This document shows positions 8,356-16,917 of a DNA stretch of 29,091 nt, piece after piece. Under the pieces are notes generated by a model that did no database searches, was not told the DNA's origin, and saw nothing but the letters and a program-made list of their open reading frames with translations. The position numbers were made by a program, and so were the translations under genes. How positions within the stretch are numbered: position 1 is the stretch's first letter; the number at the start of each line of letters is the position of its first letter. Location: positions 1-29,091 of IMG/VR virus record IMGVR_UViG_3300017909_004860. One strand, given 5' to 3'. The DNA comes from a virus. Lineage: Duplodnaviria; Caudoviricetes.

Positions 8356-8384
8356 ACTATAACCAACTCATGAACTGGTGACTA
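8356..8384 (-). promoter_or_regulatory. Promoter of the helicase gene with a palindromic operator in the spacer
   Basis: TAGTCA, 17 bp, TATAGT on the minus strand; 8362-8379 reads ACCAACTCATGAACTGGT (ACCA-nn-TCATGA-nn-TGGT). Confidence 0.6.
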
Positions 8385-8606
8385 GCCGCCGTAGTTCCGT
8401 TTGATTTCTCGGAACCGCTTGTCCTCCGCTTTCTCCTTCCACCGCTCGAACTGCATTAACCGGCCATGCCCCCGGGCCTTCTTCTTCCCCCGGGACCACG
8501 CCTCAAACTCTTTCGCATCCAGCACCAGGCGAGCCAAGAGTCCAGTAGGCAAGCGCTTGGCGATAGCAATCAAGTCGACAATCAGTTTGTTGTGTTCAGC
8601 GCTCAA
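8382..8606 (-). CDS. Hypothetical basic protein (74 aa)
   Basis: Start overlaps the AbrB stop; fills the operon. Confidence 0.6.
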   Translation of the reverse strand: MSAEHNKLIVDLIAIAKRLPTGLLARLVLDAKEFEAWSRGKKKARGHGRLMQFERWKEKAEDKRFREIKRNYGG

Positions 8607-8944
8607 CCTTGCCCCAGCGGAACCAACCGAATGCCGTCGTCTTCCAGCAAGATCTCCAGCTCATCGCCCGGTTCCAGCCCCCACTTGGCGCTGTACGTCG
8701 CCCCGAGAAGGATGATTCCGCTCTTATGCACAGCCGTCTTGTAGTTGGCCCGTTTCCCTCGTTTTTTGGGTGGCGCGATCTTTACCCCCCGAGCTGAGAG
8801 CAGCTCGTCCATGAACCTTTTGGTCATGACCTGCTGCTTGTTCCCTTCGATCACCTTCACGTAACCCGCCTTCTGGGCCAACTCGCTCTGAGTCAGCCCT
8901 TCATTTTCTCGCACAAATTCAACAAGCTCTACCCCTGTAAGCAT
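8603..8944 (-). CDS. Cyanobacterial AbrB-like (cyAbrB) transcription regulator
   Basis: MLTG.EL...SELAQKAGY...F..ELL.ARGV...GKRANYKTAVHKSG.ILLGATYS...GLEPGDELEI.L....IRLVP is the cyAbrB pattern. Confidence 0.88.
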   Translation of the reverse strand: MLTGVELVEFVRENEGLTQSELAQKAGYVKVIEGNKQQVMTKRFMDELLSARGVKIAPPKKRGKRANYKTAVHKSGIILLGATYSAKWGLEPGDELEILLEDDGIRLVPLGQG

Positions 8945-8991
8945 TGAGAGGAGGTGACTTACTAGAAAAAGTGTAAGCACCTCCTTGCTAA

Positions 8992-10890
8992 TTATTTAAT
9001 ACTCCAATCGTCGCCCACTGCGACCTCAGCTTTGATGGGAACCTTCTTACACACCAAATTGCCAGCGTCTTCCATACACTTAACCACCATTTCAGCCCAA
9101 TAATCAGCTTTTTCAGGCGTAGATTCGACTACCAGTTCATCGTGGCACACGCAAATTAATTTCGCCGAATCGTCCTTAACCATCAGTTCCTCCAGCATCA
9201 CCACAGCGATTTTGGCAATGTCCCCCGAGGAGCCTTGAACTGGAGTATTGAGCCGGGTTGTGTATTTGTTGTTGTGGCCATAGAGAAAACGACGCCGCCC
9301 GTACTTGGTCAGCACTGCCTCGGTGGTCGAATTCCCTTGCGCGTCCTGCCACTTTTTCAGGTCTGGATAAGCCTTGCGGAAGAGATCCACGTATTCCTTG
9401 GACTGCTCTTTGCTCCAATCCAACTTGAACTGACTCACAGCTTGCCGTTGCAGTGTCGCCGCCCCAGCCCCATACAACAGAGCAAAGTTGCACACCTTGC
9501 CTGCAGTTCTCATCTCCTTGGTGATCTCCTCGGGGGGAAGCTGCATCATCAAACTGGCCGTCGCCTTGTGCATGTCCGCCCCCTCTTTGAAAGCATTGAT
9601 CATCCTGGGCTCTCCCGAGATCTCAGCCGCCATGCGCAGCTCCATCGCGGAATAATCCGCTACGATCAACTTCATTCCTGGAGCTGGCTTAAACAGTTTG
9701 CGGAATCTTTTATCTCGGGGGATCTGCTGGACATTGATGTCCGCGCAGCTCATTCGGCCTGTCTCAGCTCCCATGAGGTTGTATCTGCTGTGGATCCGCC
9801 CGTCGTGCGCCACAGCCTTCATCAATTTCTCGGCAAAAGACGAAAGCGTTAGAGCTTCCTTCATGTCGAGATAAGCCTTAATCAGCGGCTCGGTGTTAGC
9901 CAAAAAGGCCAGCAGGTTTTGATCGAGGCTGAGTTTGCCCTGCTCATTGGGCCTCAAAACCACGCCAACCTCAGTGAATTTCTCAATCACTTGTGAGGTG
10001 CTGGCTGGATTAAACCCCTTGTACACCTTGGTTCCTAGCCGAATCGACCCGCTGTCCTTGATCCTTAAGTTGAAGCTCCCGTCTGGATCCCGAGGCAACC
10101 ATTTCTCGGGCTCATCTGGATACTTTTCACGCAGTCGGATATCAAGCTTCGTCGCAAACTCTGTCCGCAGATCAAACGCAGCCATATCCAGTTCTTCTTT
10201 AAGCAGCGTCCCCTGCTCGATATCGAACCAGAAGCCATTCTTCTGCATGCGAGCCACAGGTCGGATCGCCTGCTGCTCCAGGTGATAGACGTCGTGGAGT
10301 GTGATTGAGTCGGTGACTTTCGACTTCTTGAGCGTGTCGAGCAGGATCGGCATGATCCGCGTCAAACACTCCGCATCCTTACCCGCGTAGCTGATCATCT
10401 TCGGCGTGATGGTGTCGGACCAATCCGCTTTCTGCTCTTCCTTCGGCAGCTCTTTCCCGAGCACCCGCTTATGGATCGAGCCCAGATCGTTCTTGGCCCC
10501 GGTCCCGTTGTTGATGACCTTGCTGGCGAACATCGTGTCGTGCAGCTCGCCACCGAGTTCTATACCTTCTTGCCAAAGAAAATTCAAGTCAAAAGGACTG
10601 TTTTGGAGAACTTTGGGTCTTTTCGTACCTTCCAAGATCTGCTTGATCAATTTCGCCCCCGGGCGTTCCCAGTCCACCTGGCGGTGAACCCCATCTCGGT
10701 AGGCATTGAGATCGATCACCAGGGCGAAATCAGGAATAGCGATCTGCACCAGGCGCACCCAATCCGTCAGTGGATCGAGTCCGGTGGTCTCTGTGTCGAT
10801 CCCGAGCATCCCCTCAGTTTTGGCGATGATCTTGACCGCAGTTTTGAGGTCATTGAGCTGAGCAGGGCTTTCGATAAAAACGGCTTGCAT
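8992..10890 (-). CDS. polA: Family A DNA polymerase (3'-5' exonuclease plus polymerase, no 5'-3' exonuclease)
   Basis: DTETTGL, YAGKD, ETGRMSC, ADYSAMELR (motif A), RTAGKVCNFALLYG (motif B), CHDE (motif C). Confidence 0.96.
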   Translation of the reverse strand: MQAVFIESPAQLNDLKTAVKIIAKTEGMLGIDTETTGLDPLTDWVRLVQIAIPDFALVIDLNAYRDGVHRQVDWERPGAKLIKQILEGTKRPKVLQNSPFDLNFLWQEGIELGGELHDTMFASKVINNGTGAKNDLGSIHKRVLGKELPKEEQKADWSDTITPKMISYAGKDAECLTRIMPILLDTLKKSKVTDSITLHDVYHLEQQAIRPVARMQKNGFWFDIEQGTLLKEELDMAAFDLRTEFATKLDIRLREKYPDEPEKWLPRDPDGSFNLRIKDSGSIRLGTKVYKGFNPASTSQVIEKFTEVGVVLRPNEQGKLSLDQNLLAFLANTEPLIKAYLDMKEALTLSSFAEKLMKAVAHDGRIHSRYNLMGAETGRMSCADINVQQIPRDKRFRKLFKPAPGMKLIVADYSAMELRMAAEISGEPRMINAFKEGADMHKATASLMMQLPPEEITKEMRTAGKVCNFALLYGAGAATLQRQAVSQFKLDWSKEQSKEYVDLFRKAYPDLKKWQDAQGNSTTEAVLTKYGRRRFLYGHNNKYTTRLNTPVQGSSGDIAKIAVVMLEELMVKDDSAKLICVCHDELVVESTPEKADYWAEMVVKCMEDAGNLVCKKVPIKAEVAVGDDWSIK

Positions 10891-10899
10891 TGAAAGAAA

Positions 10900-10910
10900 G
10901 AGTGGATTGA
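10900..10910 (-). repeat. Start-associated repeat TCAATCCACTC upstream of polA
   Basis: 9 nt before ATG 10890. Confidence 0.75.
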
Positions 10911-10962
10911 TTACTTGCTAGAATTTCGGCAACAGGAAACGCTTGGTGGCGGCTCCTGGAAG

Positions 10963-10991
10963 AAAGCGGGGAGAGTAGACCCCGCTTTTTT
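10963..10991. terminator. Rho-independent, possibly bidirectional, terminator between primase-helicase and polA
   Basis: AAAGCGGGG-AGAGTAGA-CCCCGCTTT with a T-run on the plus side and TTTCTT on the minus side. Confidence 0.7.
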
Positions 10992-10996
10992 CATGC

Positions 10997-13753
10997 CTAG
11001 AAGCCGGACATGTCGGGCTCGTCCCCGTCGTCCTCTTCCTCGCGCACGCGCACGTTGTGCCTGTCCCCCGAGGAAGTGACAGCCCCATCGTCCAAATCCC
11101 TGTCAGGGACTAAATCCACAGGTGTGTCATTTTCTGCTGTCTCGGGGAGTGACACACCTTCTGTCTCGGGGGGTGTGTCCTCCATCTCTTGAGTTGGTTG
11201 GTTTGACTCGGGGGAGTGTTCTGAAGGTGTGTCACCGCCGGAAGGCTGATTTTGTGACACACCTGAAGATCCCTGTCCCTCACTGGGATTTGAAAGGAAC
11301 TCTGTTATTTGTTGTTTGGAGGGGGGCAACGTGCGAGCGAGGAACAGCTCATTCATCCCCCCGTTCTGCTTTCTTTTCTCCGAGAGAAGCAGGGCATCTT
11401 CGACGTACCGCTTCAGCCACCTCCTCACCGAGCTGAATCCAGGAGGAGTGGACTGAGTCCACCCGAGCATCTGCTCACACAACTGCTCGTAGACCTCCCG
11501 AGCGTTGACTCCAACCCTTTTCCCAGCTTCTTTCTGCTCCTTGCAGCGATTGACGACGATCTGCAGCACCACCTCCCGAGGGTTGGGATCGTTCAGAGGC
11601 ACACCCTGTTCATCAGTTGCGCCGGTCTTGACGGTCGGAGTCCAGTCGTTGACCTCGAAGCGGTAGTCGTTGTCCCGCTCCACCACGAAATGGTCCCCCT
11701 CTCGCCCGAGACGGGACTTACAAACCTCGATAAGCCTGCAGTTGTCCGCGTTGTACCCAGACTCCGTTAAACGGGCCTTCTGGCGGTCTGAGGGCCTCTG
11801 GAGCTTCCAGCATTCGTCAACGGCGTTCTCCAGGTATCTGGTGCCCCGCATGCTGCCCTCGGCATTGGTGTGGTGGATTAGCAGGAACGAGGTTGCAGGC
11901 CACCCAAATTCATCAGCGGTGCCATTGCAGTCCTGGATGTCGTAGATCGGGCTTGCATACGCCTTCTCGTTCTCCGAGACCACCATCCGGCTAGAACAGG
12001 AACCAATGGAATCAATCACCACCAGGCTGGGTTTGTGCTCCCGAATCCAGTCACGGAGGAGTGCGATCTGGTTCATCTGCCAAGAACGCTTGTAGACAAA
12101 ACGTCCTCCGCAGTCTTTTGGATCGATCTTGTTGTCTTCCAGGTCGCGAACCAGCTTTGATTCGCTCTGGTCGGATTGGATCAAAAGCACACAGCCTTTT
12201 TGGACAGGCATGTCCAAGCCTCTAATCTTCATGGACTCCCCATAGAGGACAGACCGCATGAAGGCCATGGCTGTTGCCGTCTTACCGCAGCCGCCCTGGG
12301 AAAAGAGGATCGTGACACTTGGCTTCCTGACGAAATCAGGAATCAAGTAAGTCAGCGGCTCAACTTTCGTGTACCAAAGGGGGTCACTGTTGGCAGCCTC
12401 CGCTTGTTCGGCATAGCGGTACTCGATGAGCATCGCCTCGCACTGCGTCCCCGTGAGGTGTGAGAAGCCCTCCTTCTGAGCCAGCAGCCGCATTTTGTGG
12501 TGCTTGACCGCCGGGTTGCGCTCGGAGTCGTAGATCTCCCCAAGAGCCGCAAACCAATCCTCGGCCTTCATCTGCTTCCGGTCCGCCACCTCAACCCGCG
12601 TCGTCTTGATATCGCGGATCTCGATGTCGAGGTCGTAACCCAGTGCTGTTGCAATGGGCTTCATGACGTCGTACACCTTCGACCGCCATTCAGCGGGCTC
12701 AGCCTCCCAGTCGTTCAGATGCGCCTTCAGCGCAAAGCTGAACATGTTGCCCCGAGCGTGGCAGCCCTTGCAATGCCAAAGGCCGTTCTCGGCGTTGATC
12801 TGAAAACTGGTTCCTGACTCCCCACCGTGGATGGGACAACCGGATGTGTAGTGCGGCTTATCGCCGTCCCGGTCTGTCCATCCGTACTCATCAAAGGCCG
12901 GGTGGTTGAAGATCAGCTCCTTCATCCGAGGAATGAGCTTGTCCTGCACCTCGTCCTTGTTCCACCACTCGTAACACTCGCGGTACTTACCGGCGTTACC
13001 AAGCTGGCCAGCGGTGTCGAGCTTCTGCTGATCTTCGTAGTTCTCGACAAACAGATCCCAGCCCGATCGAGAGTTCCGGTACGGCTCCAACAGGTTGAGC
13101 AGCCAAGGCGGAGCGAGTTCGGGTAGGCCGTTGTTGTAGTTCAGCCATTGATACGTCCTGCCGCTGGGGTGGATGCTTCCGGGCAGCACTGACATGCAGT
13201 TGCCGAAGCGGATCACCACCTCCTCGTATTTCTTCTCCCGGTCTTCGGCAGTCCGGCCCACATCACCCTGCCCCTGCGCCCAGGTGCCGTCTTCTTTGAA
13301 GATCAGGCTGGTGAACTCCTTGAGGGAGGGCACCATGCCTTTCGGCAGCATGTAGGCGATCTGCCTGCGCCCTGGCGTCCCAGACCACCAGGCCATGGTC
13401 GACTCCTGGCCGTGCTCCTCGTAGTCATCCCCGAGGAACTCTTTAAAGCGTGCGTCAGCGGTGTGGCCGTCAATGTCGACCATGACGAGGCCCATGCTGG
13501 GCGGCCCAGTAACGACGCCGATACCGCAGTAGGGGGTAGCGCCTGGGTATTTGAAGATCTGATCTGGCCGCATATGGAAATTGCTGTAGTAGCGCTCGCC
13601 AACGAGCTGCCAGTTATCCATCGCGTGGCCAGTGGCCCACCCTTTGATGTAGGTGGCCTTGTTGCTGTCTACGGGGACGTAGCTCCAATCCTTTGGAAGG
13701 AAGCCGTTTGAGACCTGATCAATCGCGGGGCCTGTCGGGAAATCGTTGCTCAT
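10997..13753 (-). CDS. Primase-helicase: bifunctional PrimPol domain, CHC2-like Zn finger, RecA/AAA_25-type helicase, low-complexity C-terminus
   Basis: GIGVVTG...GLVMVDIDG, SVLPGSIHPSGRTYQW; CPIH...WHCKGC; Walker A SQGGCGKT, Walker B LVVIDS, LLIHHTN...RGT. Confidence 0.9.
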   Translation of the reverse strand: MSNDFPTGPAIDQVSNGFLPKDWSYVPVDSNKATYIKGWATGHAMDNWQLVGERYYSNFHMRPDQIFKYPGATPYCGIGVVTGPPSMGLVMVDIDGHTADARFKEFLGDDYEEHGQESTMAWWSGTPGRRQIAYMLPKGMVPSLKEFTSLIFKEDGTWAQGQGDVGRTAEDREKKYEEVVIRFGNCMSVLPGSIHPSGRTYQWLNYNNGLPELAPPWLLNLLEPYRNSRSGWDLFVENYEDQQKLDTAGQLGNAGKYRECYEWWNKDEVQDKLIPRMKELIFNHPAFDEYGWTDRDGDKPHYTSGCPIHGGESGTSFQINAENGLWHCKGCHARGNMFSFALKAHLNDWEAEPAEWRSKVYDVMKPIATALGYDLDIEIRDIKTTRVEVADRKQMKAEDWFAALGEIYDSERNPAVKHHKMRLLAQKEGFSHLTGTQCEAMLIEYRYAEQAEAANSDPLWYTKVEPLTYLIPDFVRKPSVTILFSQGGCGKTATAMAFMRSVLYGESMKIRGLDMPVQKGCVLLIQSDQSESKLVRDLEDNKIDPKDCGGRFVYKRSWQMNQIALLRDWIREHKPSLVVIDSIGSCSSRMVVSENEKAYASPIYDIQDCNGTADEFGWPATSFLLIHHTNAEGSMRGTRYLENAVDECWKLQRPSDRQKARLTESGYNADNCRLIEVCKSRLGREGDHFVVERDNDYRFEVNDWTPTVKTGATDEQGVPLNDPNPREVVLQIVVNRCKEQKEAGKRVGVNAREVYEQLCEQMLGWTQSTPPGFSSVRRWLKRYVEDALLLSEKRKQNGGMNELFLARTLPPSKQQITEFLSNPSEGQGSSGVSQNQPSGGDTPSEHSPESNQPTQEMEDTPPETEGVSLPETAENDTPVDLVPDRDLDDGAVTSSGDRHNVRVREEEDDGDEPDMSGF
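11120..11264. repeat. Cluster of five GGTGTGTC repeats in mixed orientation plus CTGTCTCGGGG repeats (iteron-like)
   Basis: AGGTGTGTCA 11120-11129, TGACACACCT 11150-11159, GGTGTGTCC 11172-11180, AGGTGTGTCAC 11225-11235, GTGACACACCT 11254-11264; CTGTCTCGGGG at 11137 and 11161. Confidence 0.8.
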
Positions 13754-13911
13754 ACAAAAGCTGAGGAGTAGAGGTGTTGCTCAGCGTTGGTCACCTTAGC
13801 GCTTTAACCAAACCATTTCAATGCGCCAAGGAATACGCACTGCGTCTATGTAATGTTTGAAACAGTTTTTTCGTGTATGTTTGGGCCTGTTACCAACCCA
13901 CTTGTGAATCA

Positions 13912-14613
13912 ATGTCGTCTAAAAACGACTTGGTTGCGGCCTACACTGAAGGAAACAAAAACTTTGCTGTTTTGTTTTCAAGGTGGATGGACGGAAATGA
14001 ATGGTCTCACCCGATTGTTGTGAGCTTGGCTAAGGGCGTGTGCGGTGGTGCGTCCTGGTTCCACTCCTCGCAGATCAGCGGTATTCGCCAGGGCAAATCT
14101 CAGTCCCCAGGACCGCGCCAATTCATTGCGATTTGGAAGCTCAACAAGGCGCTCTACGACTACAAAAATGGCGGCCCGCTTATTCCGGGCACAACTTCCT
14201 CAAACAACTACCAGGAGGCCGAGCCAGTCGTGCTTGACGACGGCACTTGCCCCGACCTGGGGTGGTGGGTCAGTTGCTTCTCCGGGCTAGTCCCCTTACC
14301 CGAAAGGTACAAATCGAACCGAATTTCCTTCACCGAGAAACGGGCCGAAGCCTTCAGCCACAACTACGCCCGTTTAATCCGAAAACTGTTTGTACAACAG
14401 GATTTAGACCTGATCGAGAACCTCGACATGACGGTCTTCCAGTACTACCCAGCCAAAGACAAGGAGCGAGTCGCTTTTCTTAAGACGGTGCTAACGTCCA
14501 AAGCGTCCTGGTCACCAGACGAGTTGCAGACTGAACTGGTTGCACTAACCAGCTTAAGTAACGCACTTGGAGGGCCATCAAACGAGGAAGATTTACTCGA
14601 ATTTTTGCGATGA
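13912..14613 (+). CDS. Probable HTH regulator (repressor candidate), divergent from the primase
   Basis: FSRWMDGNEWSH...FHSSQISGIRQGKSQSPGPRQF resembles an XRE-like HTH; placed at the divergence point of the two operons. Confidence 0.55.
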   Translation: MSSKNDLVAAYTEGNKNFAVLFSRWMDGNEWSHPIVVSLAKGVCGGASWFHSSQISGIRQGKSQSPGPRQFIAIWKLNKALYDYKNGGPLIPGTTSSNNYQEAEPVVLDDGTCPDLGWWVSCFSGLVPLPERYKSNRISFTEKRAEAFSHNYARLIRKLFVQQDLDLIENLDMTVFQYYPAKDKERVAFLKTVLTSKASWSPDELQTELVALTSLSNALGGPSNEEDLLEFLR

Positions 14614-14816
14614 CCAGACTGCTCGGAGCTGCACGAACGGACAAAGGACTTCACTGGGTTGTGGACCATGATTGTCCTGGCTCAGAGACCTGCCCTCATT
14701 GCATCCAACTTGTTCCGGTTACGAGGGGTTACAGGCGTCTATTGGAAGATGTGCTCAGTTGGCTACGGGATCCCGCCAACTGGGAGCCACCAGTGCTGGA
14801 TACAGAACGTAAATAA
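14610..14816 (+). CDS. Small hypothetical protein with Cys/His cluster (HDC...CPHC)
   Basis: Start overlaps the upstream stop. Confidence 0.5.
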   Translation: MTRLLGAARTDKGLHWVVDHDCPGSETCPHCIQLVPVTRGYRRLLEDVLSWLRDPANWEPPVLDTERK

Positions 14817-14827
14817 CCAAATCGTGG

Positions 14828-14856
14828 TTGCCACCAATTCATGAACATGTTAGTTT
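14828..14856 (+). promoter_or_regulatory. sigma70 promoter of the SSB-like operon with the operator in the spacer
   Basis: TTGCCA, 17 bp, TAGTTT with extended TGn; 14833-14850 reads ACCAATTCATGAACATGT. Confidence 0.65.
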
Positions 14857-14915
14857 GACCCTGTCCCGTTTTGGGACCATCAAACCCCGTAAACCCCAAC
14901 AACCCCCTTACTCCC

Positions 14916-15473
14916 ATGGGCTTTCTTACAGCCGAAAAAATCGAAGCCGTTCAGTCCAACCGCTCTGCCGGCAACTACTTCCAGACCAAAGGCATTGAAG
15001 AAAACGGACCCGGCGTCAAGCTGCGTTTTCTGGGTGACGCCATCACAGGTGTAGGCGGCTGGCGTGACGAGAAGCCCATCCGCTTCGAGATGCGCCCTAG
15101 CGCTGATGAGTTCGACATCGACACTCTGGATGTCGACCGCTTCAACGGCAAACCCGGCCGACTGAAGGATTTCATCGCTTCTGTCGTTTGGAACTACGAA
15201 ATAGAAGCTCTTCAAATCTTTGAGATCAATCAGACATCCATCCAGGACAAGCTGATCGCTCTACACAAAGACGAAGAGAACTGGGGTGACATCAATATGT
15301 ACGACATCGTCATCCAGAAAACCAAGAAGGGCGATCGCATCGACTACGAAGTTGTCCCGTCTCCTAAAGGCATGGGCAGGCTGGACAAAGAGATCGAGAA
15401 AGCATTCGATGAAACCCCTATCGATCTGACGAAGCTTTACACCAACGAAGACCCCTTCAAGCCTGGCGAGTGA
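14916..15473 (+). CDS. Putative single-stranded DNA-binding protein
   Basis: KLRFLG...KPIRF...FIASVVWNY..EALQIFEINQ.SI...L..DEENWGD...YDI.I.K...YEV.PSP with an acidic DPF tail, typical of phage SSB-like proteins. Confidence 0.7.
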   Translation: MGFLTAEKIEAVQSNRSAGNYFQTKGIEENGPGVKLRFLGDAITGVGGWRDEKPIRFEMRPSADEFDIDTLDVDRFNGKPGRLKDFIASVVWNYEIEALQIFEINQTSIQDKLIALHKDEENWGDINMYDIVIQKTKKGDRIDYEVVPSPKGMGRLDKEIEKAFDETPIDLTKLYTNEDPFKPGE

Positions 15474-15490
15474 CCACCAACTCACGAACT

Positions 15491-15517
15491 GGGGACATAT
15501 GTCCCCTTTCTTTTTTA
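15491..15517 (+). terminator. Rho-independent terminator after the SSB-like gene
   Basis: GGGGAC-ATAT-GTCCCC followed by TTTCTTTTTT. Confidence 0.75.
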
Positions 15518-15519
15518 TT

Positions 15520-15771
15520 ATGAAAACCTCTACAAAACCACGTCTCCAAACGGTCTATGGCCGCAACCTCTCTTACGAGGCATACCGCCGTGGATGGTCG
15601 GTCAAGCAAACCGCCGAAGAGCTGGGCACAACCGAAATTGTGATCCACAGAATTCGTCAGGCCAAGAACGTCAACCTCGACGCCAGCATCCTCGCTAAAG
15701 CAACTCAAGTATTCGACTGCGATTACAACACGCTTCTTGAGCCCCGAGAGGATCTCTCGTATGAGTCCTAA
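15520..15771 (+). CDS. XRE/Cro-like HTH transcription regulator
   Basis: GRNL...RRGWSVKQTAEELGTTEIVIHRIRQ...L.KATQVFDCDYNTLL. Confidence 0.8.
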   Translation: MKTSTKPRLQTVYGRNLSYEAYRRGWSVKQTAEELGTTEIVIHRIRQAKNVNLDASILAKATQVFDCDYNTLLEPREDLSYES

Positions 15772-16438
15772 AACTCAAATCCCGTTCCTCCCGAAATACG
15801 AATCCATCCGAGTCACTGCCCCTGACGGCACGCGTCGTTATGACACCCCGGTTGGGAAGGTGCCTTCGGTCACAACTGTCCTTTCTGGCAGTCGTGATAA
15901 CACAGGTATCGAGATGTGGCGCGAATCAGTTGGGGAGGAAAAGGCTAAAGAAATCACCGAGTTTGCATGCTGGCGCGGTGACATGCACCACAACAATATT
16001 GAGAACCTTTTAATTAACGGCGTTCAGCCAAAATTAAATATGGTTTCTACTCAATATTGGAAATCAAGCGCCAAGTTTCTCACTACTATCCGCCGGACAG
16101 TTCTTTGTGAGAGTTGCATTTGGCACCCTAAAGGATACGCAGGCGCATTTGATTGCCTCGCTTATCTCGACGATGACACTGATCAACCTACACTTTTAGA
16201 TTGGAAGACGAGCGCGAGGCATCGCAAACCCGACAAAATGTATGATTATAAAGTACAAGTAGCGGCCTATGTTGCTGGTGCCAACTTTGTCTACGCTCGC
16301 CAGGGTCTAAAAATCCGCCGCGCCAAGATCGTGGTCGCCATTCCTAACACTCCGGCCCAAATTGAAGTTGTAGAAGAAGATGCTCTTACCCAATTATTTG
16401 AACACTTTCTCTTTCGCCTAGAGCGGTTCTACCTATGA
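15761..16438 (+). CDS. PD-(D/E)XK exonuclease (Cas4/MGME1-like phage exonuclease)
   Basis: RRYDTP..KVPSVTTVLS...WRESVG...RG..HH...E...GYAGAFDC...LLDWKTS...Y..QVAAY. Confidence 0.88.
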   Translation: MSPKTQIPFLPKYESIRVTAPDGTRRYDTPVGKVPSVTTVLSGSRDNTGIEMWRESVGEEKAKEITEFACWRGDMHHNNIENLLINGVQPKLNMVSTQYWKSSAKFLTTIRRTVLCESCIWHPKGYAGAFDCLAYLDDDTDQPTLLDWKTSARHRKPDKMYDYKVQVAAYVAGANFVYARQGLKIRRAKIVVAIPNTPAQIEVVEEDALTQLFEHFLFRLERFYL

Positions 16439-16917
16439 AACAACGAACACTCCATTACCCGAGTCAGGAACGGCTTCGGGAACTCTTTTATTACGAAGAT
16501 GCCCAACTAAAACGTAGATCAGGATTAGGCCGGAAGTTCCTCAAGCTTGAGACCAAAAAGAAGTATCGAGGACGGCGCATTGATGGGCACTACATCAGTC
16601 ACCACACCCTCGTTTGGATCTATTTCAACGGCGACATCCCAGAAGGCATGGAGGTGGATCACGTCAATCGTGATTCCCGAGATGACCGCTTGGAGAATCT
16701 CCGTTTGGCTACTCCGTCTCAGAACCGAGGCTTCAACAAGAGCCTCCGAGCTGACAACACTTCGGGATTCAGGGGAGTGACTCGGCATCACGGCAAGTGG
16801 AGAGCCCAGATCAACGAGACTCGTTTGGGCCGCTTCGACACCAAGGAAGAAGCCGCCGCTGCATACCAACAAGCCGCCGCCGAACTCCACGGCGCATTTG
16901 CAGGAGCCGCATCATGA
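16435..16917 (+). CDS. HNH-AP2 homing endonuclease
   Basis: HTLVWIYFNG.IPEGMEVDHVNRDSRDDRLENLRLATPSQN; NTSGFRGV...KWRAQI...LGRFDTKEEAAAAY. Confidence 0.93.
   Translation: MKQRTLHYPSQERLRELFYYEDAQLKRRSGLGRKFLKLETKKKYRGRRIDGHYISHHTLVWIYFNGDIPEGMEVDHVNRDSRDDRLENLRLATPSQNRGFNKSLRADNTSGFRGVTRHHGKWRAQINETRLGRFDTKEEAAAAYQQAAAELHGAFAGAAS

Noticed and set aside
14882-14907. AAACCCC-type triple repeat upstream of the SSB-like gene
   Set aside because: Short, low-complexity C/A-rich leader; insufficient evidence for a specific function
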